Source of the DNA: Terriglobales bacterium
Lineage (GTDB): Bacteria > Acidobacteriota > Terriglobia > Terriglobales > Acidobacteriaceae
Assembly (NCBI GenBank): GCA_036265205.1
Contig: DATAPL010000054.1
Location: 1,223 to 65,222, forward strand
Direction of reading: 5' to 3'
Length of the DNA: 64,000 nucleotides
The notes beneath the pieces are model-generated. The model ran no database searches. It saw only the letters and a program-made list of their open reading frames with translations, and was not told where the DNA came from. The number at the start of each line of letters is the position of its first letter. Within the stretch, counting starts at the first letter, position 1. The translations under genes and the position numbers were made by a program. Shown piece by piece: positions 28,616 to 37,306 of this stretch.

Positions 28616-29740
28616 TCAGTTGATAAAATCCAGCAGGGTGCGCGCCACGTGCCCGATCTGATCCTGACTCAGTTCGGGATACATGGGCAGCGACAGAATC
28701 TCGCTGGCTAGTTTTTCCGTGACCGGCATGCTGCCCGCCCCGGGATGACCCAGATCCTGATAAGCCCCGGTCAGATGTAAGGGGACGGGGTAGTGGATCC
28801 CGCTTTGAATCCCGCACTGCTGCAGGTGGTCTTTCACAGAATCGCGGCGGCCGACCCTTACCACGAATAAATGGAAGTTATGTTCGCCGTCGGCGGGAAT
28901 TGCAGGCGCCACCACCTTTGAGCCGGCGAAAGCCGCGGCATAGCGCTTGGCGTGCCGCACCCGCAGGCTGTTCCAGCCTTCGAGATAGGGCAATTTGACC
29001 GACAGAATTGCGGCCTGAACCGCATCCAGGCGAGCATTGGTCCCCACCACCGAATGCTGATATTTCGCCGGGCTGCCGTGTTCGCGCAGAATGCGTAGCT
29101 GGCGAACCCGCTCCAGGTCGTTACAGGTTACCGCCCCGGCGTCGCCGTAAGCGCCCAGATTCTTGCCCGGATAAAAGCTGAAACAGGTTAACCGCCCGGC
29201 CGCGCCTACCCGGGTTCCATTGCGTCCGACGCCGTGCGCCTGGGCGGCGTCTTCGATCAGCTCCAGGCGATGGCGCTCGCAGATTTGCTCCAGCTGGGTC
29301 AAATCCATGGCGTAGCCGTACAAATGCACCGGGATGACGGCCCGGGTCTTTTTCGAGATACGGCGCTCGACCGCGGAAATATCGAGATGAAAAGTTTTGG
29401 GATCGACGTCGGCAAATACCGGGACCGCGCCTACGTTGCTGACCGCTTCAGCGGTAGCGAAGAAGCTGTTGGCGGGAACGATGACCTCGTCCCCGGGGGC
29501 GACGTTGGCGGCTTTGAGGGCCAGTTCCAGGGCTGAGGTCCCGGAGCTGACTCCGACTGCGTATTTCGCGCCGGCGAAGCGGGCAAATTCTTCCTCGAAT
29601 TTTTCCACATATTCGCCGCCCACAAAGTGGCCGGAATCAAACACCCGGCGCACGCTATCCAGTACTTCTTCCTTGATCGAGTTGTACTGAGCTTTTAGAT
29701 CGACAAAAGGCACTTCGAGCCGAACCGCAGAAGTAGTCAT
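28616..29740 (-). CDS. DegT-family sugar aminotransferase (WbpE-like)
   Basis: ATG at 29740 (MTTSAVRLEVPFVDLKAQYNSIKEE...) follows GAGGAGAA. DegT-family blocks are present. Sits next to WbpB- and WbpD-like genes. Confidence 0.85.
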   Translation of the reverse strand: MTTSAVRLEVPFVDLKAQYNSIKEEVLDSVRRVFDSGHFVGGEYVEKFEEEFARFAGAKYAVGVSSGTSALELALKAANVAPGDEVIVPANSFFATAEAVSNVGAVPVFADVDPKTFHLDISAVERRISKKTRAVIPVHLYGYAMDLTQLEQICERHRLELIEDAAQAHGVGRNGTRVGAAGRLTCFSFYPGKNLGAYGDAGAVTCNDLERVRQLRILREHGSPAKYQHSVVGTNARLDAVQAAILSVKLPYLEGWNSLRVRHAKRYAAAFAGSKVVAPAIPADGEHNFHLFVVRVGRRDSVKDHLQQCGIQSGIHYPVPLHLTGAYQDLGHPGAGSMPVTEKLASEILSLPMYPELSQDQIGHVARTLLDFIN

Positions 29741-29747
29741 ATTCTCC

Positions 29748-30365
29748 TCAGAGGCTATTCTTGAGAACCAGTTTGCCGGCGGATGCCAGCGCGAACGAAC
29801 TGCCACAGGACGAACAGGTCAAAGGGGAGTCAGACTTGGGTACAACCGGAGTCGGTAACTTGGTGGCGCAAACGCACATCCAGCCAATTTGACGGGCGGG
29901 GTTGCCGACCATCATGGCGAAATCGGGAACATCGCGAATAACCACGGTGCCGGCGCCGATAAAAGCGTATTGCCCGATAGTGATGCCGCACACGATAGTG
30001 GCGTTGGCGCCGATGGTGGCGCGGGTGCGAACCCGGGTGGAAACCAGGCTGTCGCCGGTTTTCTTGATGTAAGCCCGGGGATTGGGATCGTTGGTGAAAA
30101 CACAATTGGGTCCCAGAAAAACGTCGTCTTCGACTTCCACTCCCTGCCAGATGGAGACCCCGTTTTTCACCGTCACGTTGTTGCCCAGATGCACCCCGGC
30201 TTCGACGAAGGCGTGATCTCCGATATTGCAGTCGGCGCCGATGCGGGCGCCGTTCATCACGTGAGCAAAGGCCCAGACCCGGGTGTGGTCGCCGATATCC
30301 TCGGACTCGACCAGCGCCTTGGGATGCACGAAGAATTTCTTTTCCAGCATGGTTGAAGTGGACAT
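29748..30365 (-). CDS. Hexapeptide-repeat N-acetyltransferase (WbpD/WlbB-like)
   Basis: [36 protein letters not shown]... followed by LbH repeats. The ATG overlaps the upstream TAA (TAATG). Confidence 0.82.
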   Translation of the reverse strand: MSTSTMLEKKFFVHPKALVESEDIGDHTRVWAFAHVMNGARIGADCNIGDHAFVEAGVHLGNNVTVKNGVSIWQGVEVEDDVFLGPNCVFTNDPNPRAYIKKTGDSLVSTRVRTRATIGANATIVCGITIGQYAFIGAGTVVIRDVPDFAMMVGNPARQIGWMCVCATKLPTPVVPKSDSPLTCSSCGSSFALASAGKLVLKNSL

Positions 30366-31393
30366 TACGACTTCCCCTCTTGCGCCAGGACCGGTTCGGG
30401 GACAGAGTCGGCATGGACTTGTTTGTGGTTGGCCGCCATTTCGACCGCGCGTACCACCGAGGCGCCGAATTGCCCGTCGGTGCGCGGAGTTTCGCCGGTC
30501 TCGATGCATTCCAGGAAATGCTCGATTTCGGTGAGCAGGGGCTCGGTGTTTTCCAGGCTGGGAGCCACCATGTCGCCGGAGCGGTAAGTCAGCTGAAATT
30601 CGCCAAAGGTTCCCGGCGGATGCAGGGTAACGCCGCGATCGTAAACTTTGATCTTCTCGCTGGGCTCAGTGTCGTCATACACCACCATGCGCTCGGAACC
30701 GACCAGGCAGGTGCGCCGCATCTTCTGCGGCGACAACCAGCTCACTTCGATGGAAGCAATCACTCCACTGCGGAAGCGGAAGGAGAGGAAGGCCACGTCG
30801 TATTTGGATTGCTGGATGCAGGAGCGCCCAAAGGAGAATCCCTGCACCGGCTCTTCCCCCAGCCAGTAAAGCAGGATGGAAACGTCGTGCACCGCCAAGT
30901 CCCAGATTACGTCGACATCTTTCTGGTACAAGCCGAGATTGACCCGGGAAAAGCTGATGTAGCGCAGGTCGCCCATGGCGCCCGAGGTGATCAGATTTTT
31001 TACCTTCACCACCGGCGGGCTGTAAATAAAAGTGTGTCCGGTCATCAAGACAAGGCCAAGATCTTTGGCCATGGCTGCCAGCTCCAGCGCTTTCTCGGTG
31101 TTGTCGGTCAGCGGCTTTTCCACAAAAACGTGTTTCCCGCTGAGCAGGGCTTGCCGCGCCAGCTCGTAGTGGGTGGAGATGCTGGTGGCAATGGCCACGG
31201 CGTCCACGTCGGAGTCGAACAGGTCTTTGGCCTGGTTAAAAGTCCGTATCTGCGGGTATTGCCGCGCCGCTTTCTGCAGCTTCTTGGCATCGAGATCGCA
31301 GCAGGCCACGAACTCGCACTTCGGGGTTTGCTGAAACACCCGGGCCAGGTTCGGCCCCCAGTAGCCCAGTCCAATTAATCCAACTTTAGTCAT
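30365..31393 (-). CDS. Gfo/Idh/MocA-family NAD-dependent sugar oxidoreductase (WbpB-like)
   Basis: [20 protein letters not shown] Rossmann N-terminus. 342 aa. Operon context with an aminotransferase and an acetyltransferase. Confidence 0.82.
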   Translation of the reverse strand: MTKVGLIGLGYWGPNLARVFQQTPKCEFVACCDLDAKKLQKAARQYPQIRTFNQAKDLFDSDVDAVAIATSISTHYELARQALLSGKHVFVEKPLTDNTEKALELAAMAKDLGLVLMTGHTFIYSPPVVKVKNLITSGAMGDLRYISFSRVNLGLYQKDVDVIWDLAVHDVSILLYWLGEEPVQGFSFGRSCIQQSKYDVAFLSFRFRSGVIASIEVSWLSPQKMRRTCLVGSERMVVYDDTEPSEKIKVYDRGVTLHPPGTFGEFQLTYRSGDMVAPSLENTEPLLTEIEHFLECIETGETPRTDGQFGASVVRAVEMAANHKQVHADSVPEPVLAQEGKS

Positions 31394-32138
31394 TGAGCGT
31401 TTGCTCCACCTTGGGTTCGGTCATGGTCGCTTTGGTCTTGGATTCGTTGGAGTGGACCACTGCCTCCAGAAACTCCGATTGAATATGTTGCCGCAATATG
31501 GCGATGTTCGGCATCACGCAGTGGCCGCCGATCACCCCGGGGAAAATATGGGAAGGCAGAAAATCAACCTCCCTGATGAACGAGACTACGTCTTCGTAGT
31601 TGCCGTCATACTGTGCCGCCAGCCGCTCCACCTCCTGCGCCCATCCGATCAGAACGCCGAAGTAGGTGGTCTCCAGCAGTTTGCTGAGTTCCGCGATGTC
31701 TGGGGTGGGAAAGGTGTCGGTCTGAAATCCGGCGCCGCGCAAGTGGCGCTGCGCCGCCTCAACCGTGGCGGCATCGAAGCCAGCCACAAATTTCTTGTAA
31801 CGCAGCATGTCGGCTTCCATGCGCGCATGCTTGCCCCGCACCGGGCTATACACCAGCGGCCGATGGGGCGCGGCTTGCTGAACCTTGCGCGTGGTTCCGG
31901 GCGCGACCGTGCTGTGAATCATGGTCAGGCGGGGATCGTATTTCTCCATGTACCGGGCGGTGATTCCGACAAAGTCAGGAACCTGGAAGGGATAGCAGAT
32001 GTGCAGCACCTCGCAGCCTTCGTTGATCTCCACCGGCTTGATGTCGACCGGCCGGGTGTCGAACGATCGTGCCAGGATCCGGAACAGCGGTTGCCCGACT
32101 TCACCCATCCCCACCACAATGACTACGCCGTTATTCAA
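31386..32138 (-). CDS. Short UDP-glucose/GDP-mannose dehydrogenase-like protein (NAD-binding and central domains only)
   Basis: VVIVVGMGEVGQP Rossmann motif. AELSKLLETTYFGVLIGWAQEVERLAAQYDGNYEDV resembles the UDPGDH central helix and GGHCVMPNI resembles the catalytic-Cys box. Only 250 aa, and there is no room for a UDP-binding domain. TTG start after GGGGAGGA. Confidence 0.45.
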   Translation of the reverse strand: MNNGVVIVVGMGEVGQPLFRILARSFDTRPVDIKPVEINEGCEVLHICYPFQVPDFVGITARYMEKYDPRLTMIHSTVAPGTTRKVQQAAPHRPLVYSPVRGKHARMEADMLRYKKFVAGFDAATVEAAQRHLRGAGFQTDTFPTPDIAELSKLLETTYFGVLIGWAQEVERLAAQYDGNYEDVVSFIREVDFLPSHIFPGVIGGHCVMPNIAILRQHIQSEFLEAVVHSNESKTKATMTEPKVEQTLND

Positions 32139-32165
32139 CTGTCCTCCCCTTCAATGGCAAATCGG

Positions 32166-33758
32166 TCAATTGCAAATCTGTGATTGCACCGCCGGGATAC
32201 CATCCGGCTGGGCGTCGAACTCAAACCGCTGCGCGTTCCCGCCGCTGGCCCATTCGTGCGGCAGCCCGGCTGCTGGTTTCGTTCCCATCTCCTGCAACAA
32301 CCCGGCCTGCTGGTAGCGCGAGAGGCTGAGCTCCATGAATTTTTCCGCGCTCAGCCAGCGCTCCTGATGGCGTTCCTTCGCCTTTACCAGCTGCCAGAAA
32401 ATCTCATTCACTTCGCGGCATGCGCTTAAAGGCTCGACCGGGTTATGCCATAGCACCGAAACTCCGCCCCAACCCCAGCGACGGCTTTCCGCCAGCACCC
32501 CTTCCGCCAGCTTGGCCGGAGCTTCAGCGGACCGGTCGTGCGCCACCTGCAAACCCCGATCCATGATGACCAGGGGGATCAGCAGAAAGTTGTAAGGCGC
32601 CTCGGCCGCGAAGTTATAAGGCGGGAAGGCGAATGCGGCGCCATGACGAAATCCCAGTTGTTCCGCCCATCCCCAGCTGGAGTCATACTGCAATCCGGCT
32701 TTCTCGATGTTCGAAAACAGTTTGGCGGGATGATCAAAACGCAGCCAGTGCTGGCGGCTTCCCCGGGGGCGCTCGCCGGTGGAGGCTGCCAGGGTCTCGA
32801 CCTCCGCCGCCAAATCAGAATTTTCCACGATGCTGCGATAGGAGCCATGAAGCGCCAGCGCTGATCCTGCCGCCGGAATCTCACGCAGACGCTGAACCAT
32901 CTGCTCGAGCCTGTAGTTGCCGTCGCGGCGATGCTGGTGCTCGGCCAGGATGAAGAAAGTGGAAGAAAAGCCATCTTCCCGCGAGCGCCGCAGCAGCTCT
33001 CCCAGGTAGTCTCCTACACGCCGCCCGCGCGCCAGCTGGAGCAATTGCCCGGCGTTGTCTTTAAAGAAGGCAAAACTGCGAGCCAGCAGAACCGCAATGC
33101 CCAGATTCTTTACCACCCGGACCAGGCTTCCCCATCTTCCCGCGAAATAGAAATCAATGTCATGGGACGCGATCACCAGGTGGCACGCCGCGGGTAGAGG
33201 CGATGGCGCCGCCGGCAGGTCCTCGACTACTTTCTCCGCCTGTTTCTCTAACTGCGGACCGCCGCGGATGAAGTTTTCAAACCACGCCATCATCAACGAG
33301 GCGTGCGGGCGCAAGGGAGAGATTCCATAACTGCCAAAGACGGTCTGCGCGTATGGAATCCTGCCAATCGCATCCCGCGCCTCCACGCTCATCTCATGCG
33401 CTGCAGACAGCCATTCGAAAATCTCCCCCAGCCAGTCTGGATTTCCCGAAACCTGGTCGCGGCCATGAAAGAGGTGGAACTCCTGCTTTGCGTAGGTTGC
33501 TGCCTGCGGCTTTGGAGCGGGCCCTTCAGGCCGCCGCGGGACGTAGCGTGGCGCAATCCGCCGCGCCCCGGCGTTGCCGCCGCCGGCACCGTAAAAGCAG
33601 TTCAGACTGCCGCTGCTGCGATCATGTTTTGCCTCTATCACCGCATGCCCGTAAATCGCGGCAAAGACCCGGAAGGCATAAGACATCCGGGCGCGCACCA
33701 CGGACGGCACTTCATCGCCAAACTCAAGGCATAGAGGACGCGGAATGCAATGGCTCAT
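32166..33758 (-). CDS. Polysaccharide deacetylase-like protein (CE4-related, capsule-locus type)
   Basis: 530 aa. ...ALHGSYRSIVE...GSRQHWLRFDHPAKLFSNIEKAGLQYDSSWGWAEQLGFRHGAAFAFPPYNF resembles the deacetylase family common in EPS loci. Assigned from memory only. Confidence 0.5.
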   Translation of the reverse strand: MSHCIPRPLCLEFGDEVPSVVRARMSYAFRVFAAIYGHAVIEAKHDRSSGSLNCFYGAGGGNAGARRIAPRYVPRRPEGPAPKPQAATYAKQEFHLFHGRDQVSGNPDWLGEIFEWLSAAHEMSVEARDAIGRIPYAQTVFGSYGISPLRPHASLMMAWFENFIRGGPQLEKQAEKVVEDLPAAPSPLPAACHLVIASHDIDFYFAGRWGSLVRVVKNLGIAVLLARSFAFFKDNAGQLLQLARGRRVGDYLGELLRRSREDGFSSTFFILAEHQHRRDGNYRLEQMVQRLREIPAAGSALALHGSYRSIVENSDLAAEVETLAASTGERPRGSRQHWLRFDHPAKLFSNIEKAGLQYDSSWGWAEQLGFRHGAAFAFPPYNFAAEAPYNFLLIPLVIMDRGLQVAHDRSAEAPAKLAEGVLAESRRWGWGGVSVLWHNPVEPLSACREVNEIFWQLVKAKERHQERWLSAEKFMELSLSRYQQAGLLQEMGTKPAAGLPHEWASGGNAQRFEFDAQPDGIPAVQSQICN

Positions 33759-33857
33759 GCGAGGGCGGTCTTGGCTTTGCAGCGACTCGAGGTTGCCTGT
33801 GGTTCCGCGCCCGCGCGGCGGGAAGCCATACCGCGCAGGCGCACAGCGTTTGCGGAC

Positions 33858-36161
33858 TTACTTGTGGGACATGGGAGTGTAGTAGTCGTACCCCAGCTTG
33901 TAGTACTGATACTCCGACGAGTTCACATCGGTGCCATTGAGCACGAACTGCACAATGGGCGCGGAGCGAACCTGCTGCAGCAATTCCAGGCTGCGGCTAA
34001 CCGCATCGCGCGTGGTAATGCCGGACCGTCCCACAAACACCAGGCCGTCGGCGATGGTCGAAAGCGCCTGACCGTCGGCGAAGGGAAGCAGCGGGGCGGA
34101 ATCGACGATCACGAACTGGAAGCGCTGCCGCAGATCCCGGATCACCTGCCGCATCGCCTCCGAACACACCAACTGCCCGGCATTCACGTTGCCGGCATGG
34201 GATGGAATTGCGGTTAACTGCGGAATTGCGGTCTCGATCAGAGCATGCTCCAGCGGGATCCCGCCATCCAGCACATCGGTGAGACCAAGCTTGCCGGAGA
34301 GTCCGAACGCGCTGGCGACGTGACCGCGGCGCAGGTCGGCGTCCACGATACAGGTGCTTCCCTGCCGTGCCATGGCAATCGCCAGGTTCATCGCTACGGT
34401 GGTCTTGCCTTCGCCGGGGAAGGAGGAAACCACCAGCACCACCTGGGGCGGATTGTCGGCATTCGACAGCATCATCGAAGTGCACAGAGCCCGCAACGCC
34501 TCCGCCTCGGGCGAACTGGGCGCATCCAGGAAGAACCTGGGTTCGTCCCCCGACCGCTTGGTCACCACCTGGCCCTCCGCCAGCACGCCCGCGGATGCGA
34601 CCCCGAAGCGATGATCGGCGTGGTCGGAAACCTGCGGCAGAATGGCGACATTCGACGTGCCGGTGCAGGCTTTGATGTCTTCCAGGGTAAAGATGCGGCT
34701 ATCGGTATGTTCGCGTAGAAACGCAATGGCAATTCCGCCCAGCAGACCCGCCATGATGCCGACCGCCATGTTCAGCAGCCGGTTGGGACGGGTGGGTGAG
34801 CCCAGCACCCGGGCCTGATCGACCACCCGCAGGTTGCTGGAGCGCGAAGCTGCCGCGATTCCCGCTTCCTTAATTTTCGCGTACAGAGTGTTGTAAAGCT
34901 CGGTATTGGCTTGCGCTTCCTTTTTCAGCGCGTTGTACCGGCCCATCTCATTGAGCTGCGCGGTGGTGCCCTTGATCTGGGAGTTCATGAGTTGCTCCCG
35001 GGCATGGGCCGCGGCGTAGCTGCTGTTGATCGAACTGAGGATGGCGATCTTTTGCGCGCTCAACTGCGATTCCAGTTCGGTGACCTGGCTTTGCAGCTTC
35101 TTCACCGTGGGATGATTGCTGCCATATACCACCATGGCCTGCGAAAGTTGGGCTTTGACGTCTCCCAACTTCGCACTCATCTGCTGCACCACGGGATTGT
35201 TCTGCACTTCCGGCAGGGAATCGGGGCTGCCGCGTTTTACGTTTTCCAGCAGGGCTTGCATCTGGATGCGATCGGCCTGCACCTGGGTCAGCTGCCGGCT
35301 CAACTCGCCCAGCTGTTCCGCGAAGGTGTTCTTGCCGTCATCGAGATCGGCCACGCCAATCTGCTTCTGGTAATCCGCCAGCACCCGGTTCGACTCTTCC
35401 ATGCGCAGGCGAATATCGTCCAGCTGTTTGGACAGCCACTGAGTGGATTTCGAGACGCTTTCGTTGCGGTCTTCGAAGGCCTGCTGAATGAACATCTCCA
35501 GCACGGCGTTGGTTACGCGGGCGGATAGCTCCGGATCGTGGCTGGCAAAACTCACTGTGATCAGGCGGCTGGCGCTGTCGCGCTTGGCGGTCAGGTGTCC
35601 CTGAAACGCGCCCAGCGCCGCGCTCTCGGCGCGGGTCATCTGCGAACCGTTTGCTCCACCCGGAACCACCACTGCCAAATCGTTGCTGGCCGCGCGCACC
35701 TGCGGGTCGGGAACTAACTCGGGATTCTGATCGAGTCGAAGTTTTCGGACGACCGCCAATGCCAGCTTGCTGCTCTTCAGGTTCTGTGCCTGGGTTTCCA
35801 GGTATTCGGCATCGGTCGCGCCCGAGCTTCCATTGAGGGAAAAGCTTTCGCCCGGGGGATCGACTTCGATTTGCGCCGAGGGCTCATAGACCGGCTTCAT
35901 GCTGAAGGTCACCAGCCCCACGGTCACAATCACCACCGCGGCGAAGGCAGCCGACAGGCGCCAGTGCTTGATCACGATGGCCACGGCCTGGATCCACTCA
36001 GGAGTCTTCTCCTGGCCGCCTCCACTGCGCCCGGTTCGGTCGGTAGGGACTTCAATTGCCATCACCGGCGGAATCTGCCCCGGCGTATTACGCAGGTTCA
36101 TGCCTGCGCGGCTCATTAATTCAAAGTTTTTGCTCACTCTGGTCTCCAGGTTTCTCGGCAA
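33858..36161 (-). CDS. wzc: Polysaccharide co-polymerase fused to a BY-type tyrosine autokinase (Wzc/EpsG-like)
   Basis: Two TM segments flank a long coiled-coil periplasmic domain. Walker A SSFPGEGKTTVAMNLA. Tyr-rich tail SSEYQYYKLGYDYYTP. The start is uncertain: TTG at 36161 or ATG at 36116. Confidence 0.88.
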   Translation of the reverse strand: MPRNLETRVSKNFELMSRAGMNLRNTPGQIPPVMAIEVPTDRTGRSGGGQEKTPEWIQAVAIVIKHWRLSAAFAAVVIVTVGLVTFSMKPVYEPSAQIEVDPPGESFSLNGSSGATDAEYLETQAQNLKSSKLALAVVRKLRLDQNPELVPDPQVRAASNDLAVVVPGGANGSQMTRAESAALGAFQGHLTAKRDSASRLITVSFASHDPELSARVTNAVLEMFIQQAFEDRNESVSKSTQWLSKQLDDIRLRMEESNRVLADYQKQIGVADLDDGKNTFAEQLGELSRQLTQVQADRIQMQALLENVKRGSPDSLPEVQNNPVVQQMSAKLGDVKAQLSQAMVVYGSNHPTVKKLQSQVTELESQLSAQKIAILSSINSSYAAAHAREQLMNSQIKGTTAQLNEMGRYNALKKEAQANTELYNTLYAKIKEAGIAAASRSSNLRVVDQARVLGSPTRPNRLLNMAVGIMAGLLGGIAIAFLREHTDSRIFTLEDIKACTGTSNVAILPQVSDHADHRFGVASAGVLAEGQVVTKRSGDEPRFFLDAPSSPEAEALRALCTSMMLSNADNPPQVVLVVSSFPGEGKTTVAMNLAIAMARQGSTCIVDADLRRGHVASAFGLSGKLGLTDVLDGGIPLEHALIETAIPQLTAIPSHAGNVNAGQLVCSEAMRQVIRDLRQRFQFVIVDSAPLLPFADGQALSTIADGLVFVGRSGITTRDAVSRSLELLQQVRSAPIVQFVLNGTDVNSSEYQYYKLGYDYYTPMSHK

Positions 36162-36172
36162 CTCGACGACGA

Positions 36173-37207
36173 TTACGGCCGATAAATAGCCAGCCCGGTG
36201 GCGGCTTGAATAATCGCTTCCAGGCTGCGCTTGGTCGCGCTCTTGGCTGCACTGTTCGGAACAAAGATGATGTCTTCGGCTTCCAGGTGGACATCCGGGG
36301 CCTTGGCCGAAAGCATGTCCTTGAGAGGCAATTGAATCTCTTTCGGTCCGGTGGGAGTTTTCCGGATCAGCTTGGCCTTGTTGAGGGCGGCGGTTGGATT
36401 GGTGCCCTCAGCCATGGCAATGGCCTGCAGAACCGTCATGTCGGTGCCATTTTCCATCAGCACCCCGCTGGGTCGGTGGACATCGCCCGTGACATAGACC
36501 AACCCGGCCTTCGATACCACCACCGTGTCTCCCGGGTAGATCGGGATATTGGCGTGGACCGATTCGGCGGCGTCGTTCGACATGGTCACGCTCGTCGGTT
36601 TCTGCGGGGTATCGCGATGGGTGACGCTGACCACTCTGCCGGCTTTGGGGGTGGTGCCGCCGGCCAGCGACAGCACATCAAAAAGGTTGCGGGCTCCGAG
36701 CAGGGGATAAACTCCGGGTCGTTGCACCTCGCCCAGAACCGAAACTCCCTGCGTGGCGTATTCCTTGGCAAAAACTGAAACTTGAGGATCGGTGTAGAAG
36801 CCGCCAGCCGCCAGCTTCTTGGCGATAACGTCCTGCGCCTTCTCGGTGGTGAGGCCGGCAACGTGCACCGGACCGATGTAATTCACAAAAGCGTTGCCAT
36901 CAGCTCCCACCCGCACTTCCTGATCGGAATCAGGGGCGCCGAGCACGCTGACCTTCAGCAGATCGCCCGCACCAATCGCGGGGACGGTCTGTCTTGCCTC
37001 CGGGGTCTCGGCGGCGGGGGCTGAAGGCGCTGGGGTTTGGGTTACCGGGGTTTTCGTGGCTGCGTCCGAATGGTCGAGCATGGGCTGCGCCGGACTGGCC
37101 GGGCTGCTCTGCGCCCAGACAATGGATGACAGAATTGAAAGAGTTAGAACCACAACCGCCCAGTTTCGAGCGCCGATTTTTACTGTTCTCCGCATAATGG
37201 ATCCCAT
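36173..37207 (-). CDS. wza: Outer-membrane polysaccharide export protein (Wza family: Poly_export plus SLBB domains)
   Basis: GAGDLLKVSVLG...DGNAFVNYIGPVHVAGLTTEKAQDVIAKKL...QVSVFAKEY...VSVLGEVQRPGVYPL. Signal-like MRRTVKIGARNWAVVVLTLSILSSIVWA. The start is ATG 37207 or ATG 37195. Confidence 0.85.
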   Translation of the reverse strand: MGSIMRRTVKIGARNWAVVVLTLSILSSIVWAQSSPASPAQPMLDHSDAATKTPVTQTPAPSAPAAETPEARQTVPAIGAGDLLKVSVLGAPDSDQEVRVGADGNAFVNYIGPVHVAGLTTEKAQDVIAKKLAAGGFYTDPQVSVFAKEYATQGVSVLGEVQRPGVYPLLGARNLFDVLSLAGGTTPKAGRVVSVTHRDTPQKPTSVTMSNDAAESVHANIPIYPGDTVVVSKAGLVYVTGDVHRPSGVLMENGTDMTVLQAIAMAEGTNPTAALNKAKLIRKTPTGPKEIQLPLKDMLSAKAPDVHLEAEDIIFVPNSAAKSATKRSLEAIIQAATGLAIYRP

Positions 37208-37306
37208 ACGTCGCGCCGACCCTTGCTGCAAACTACCAAACCTGAAATTTTGCCGCTTCCCCCGCAGATTAGGATGCTCTCCCGGTCCGCGAGGGTGGCA
37301 CGCCAA

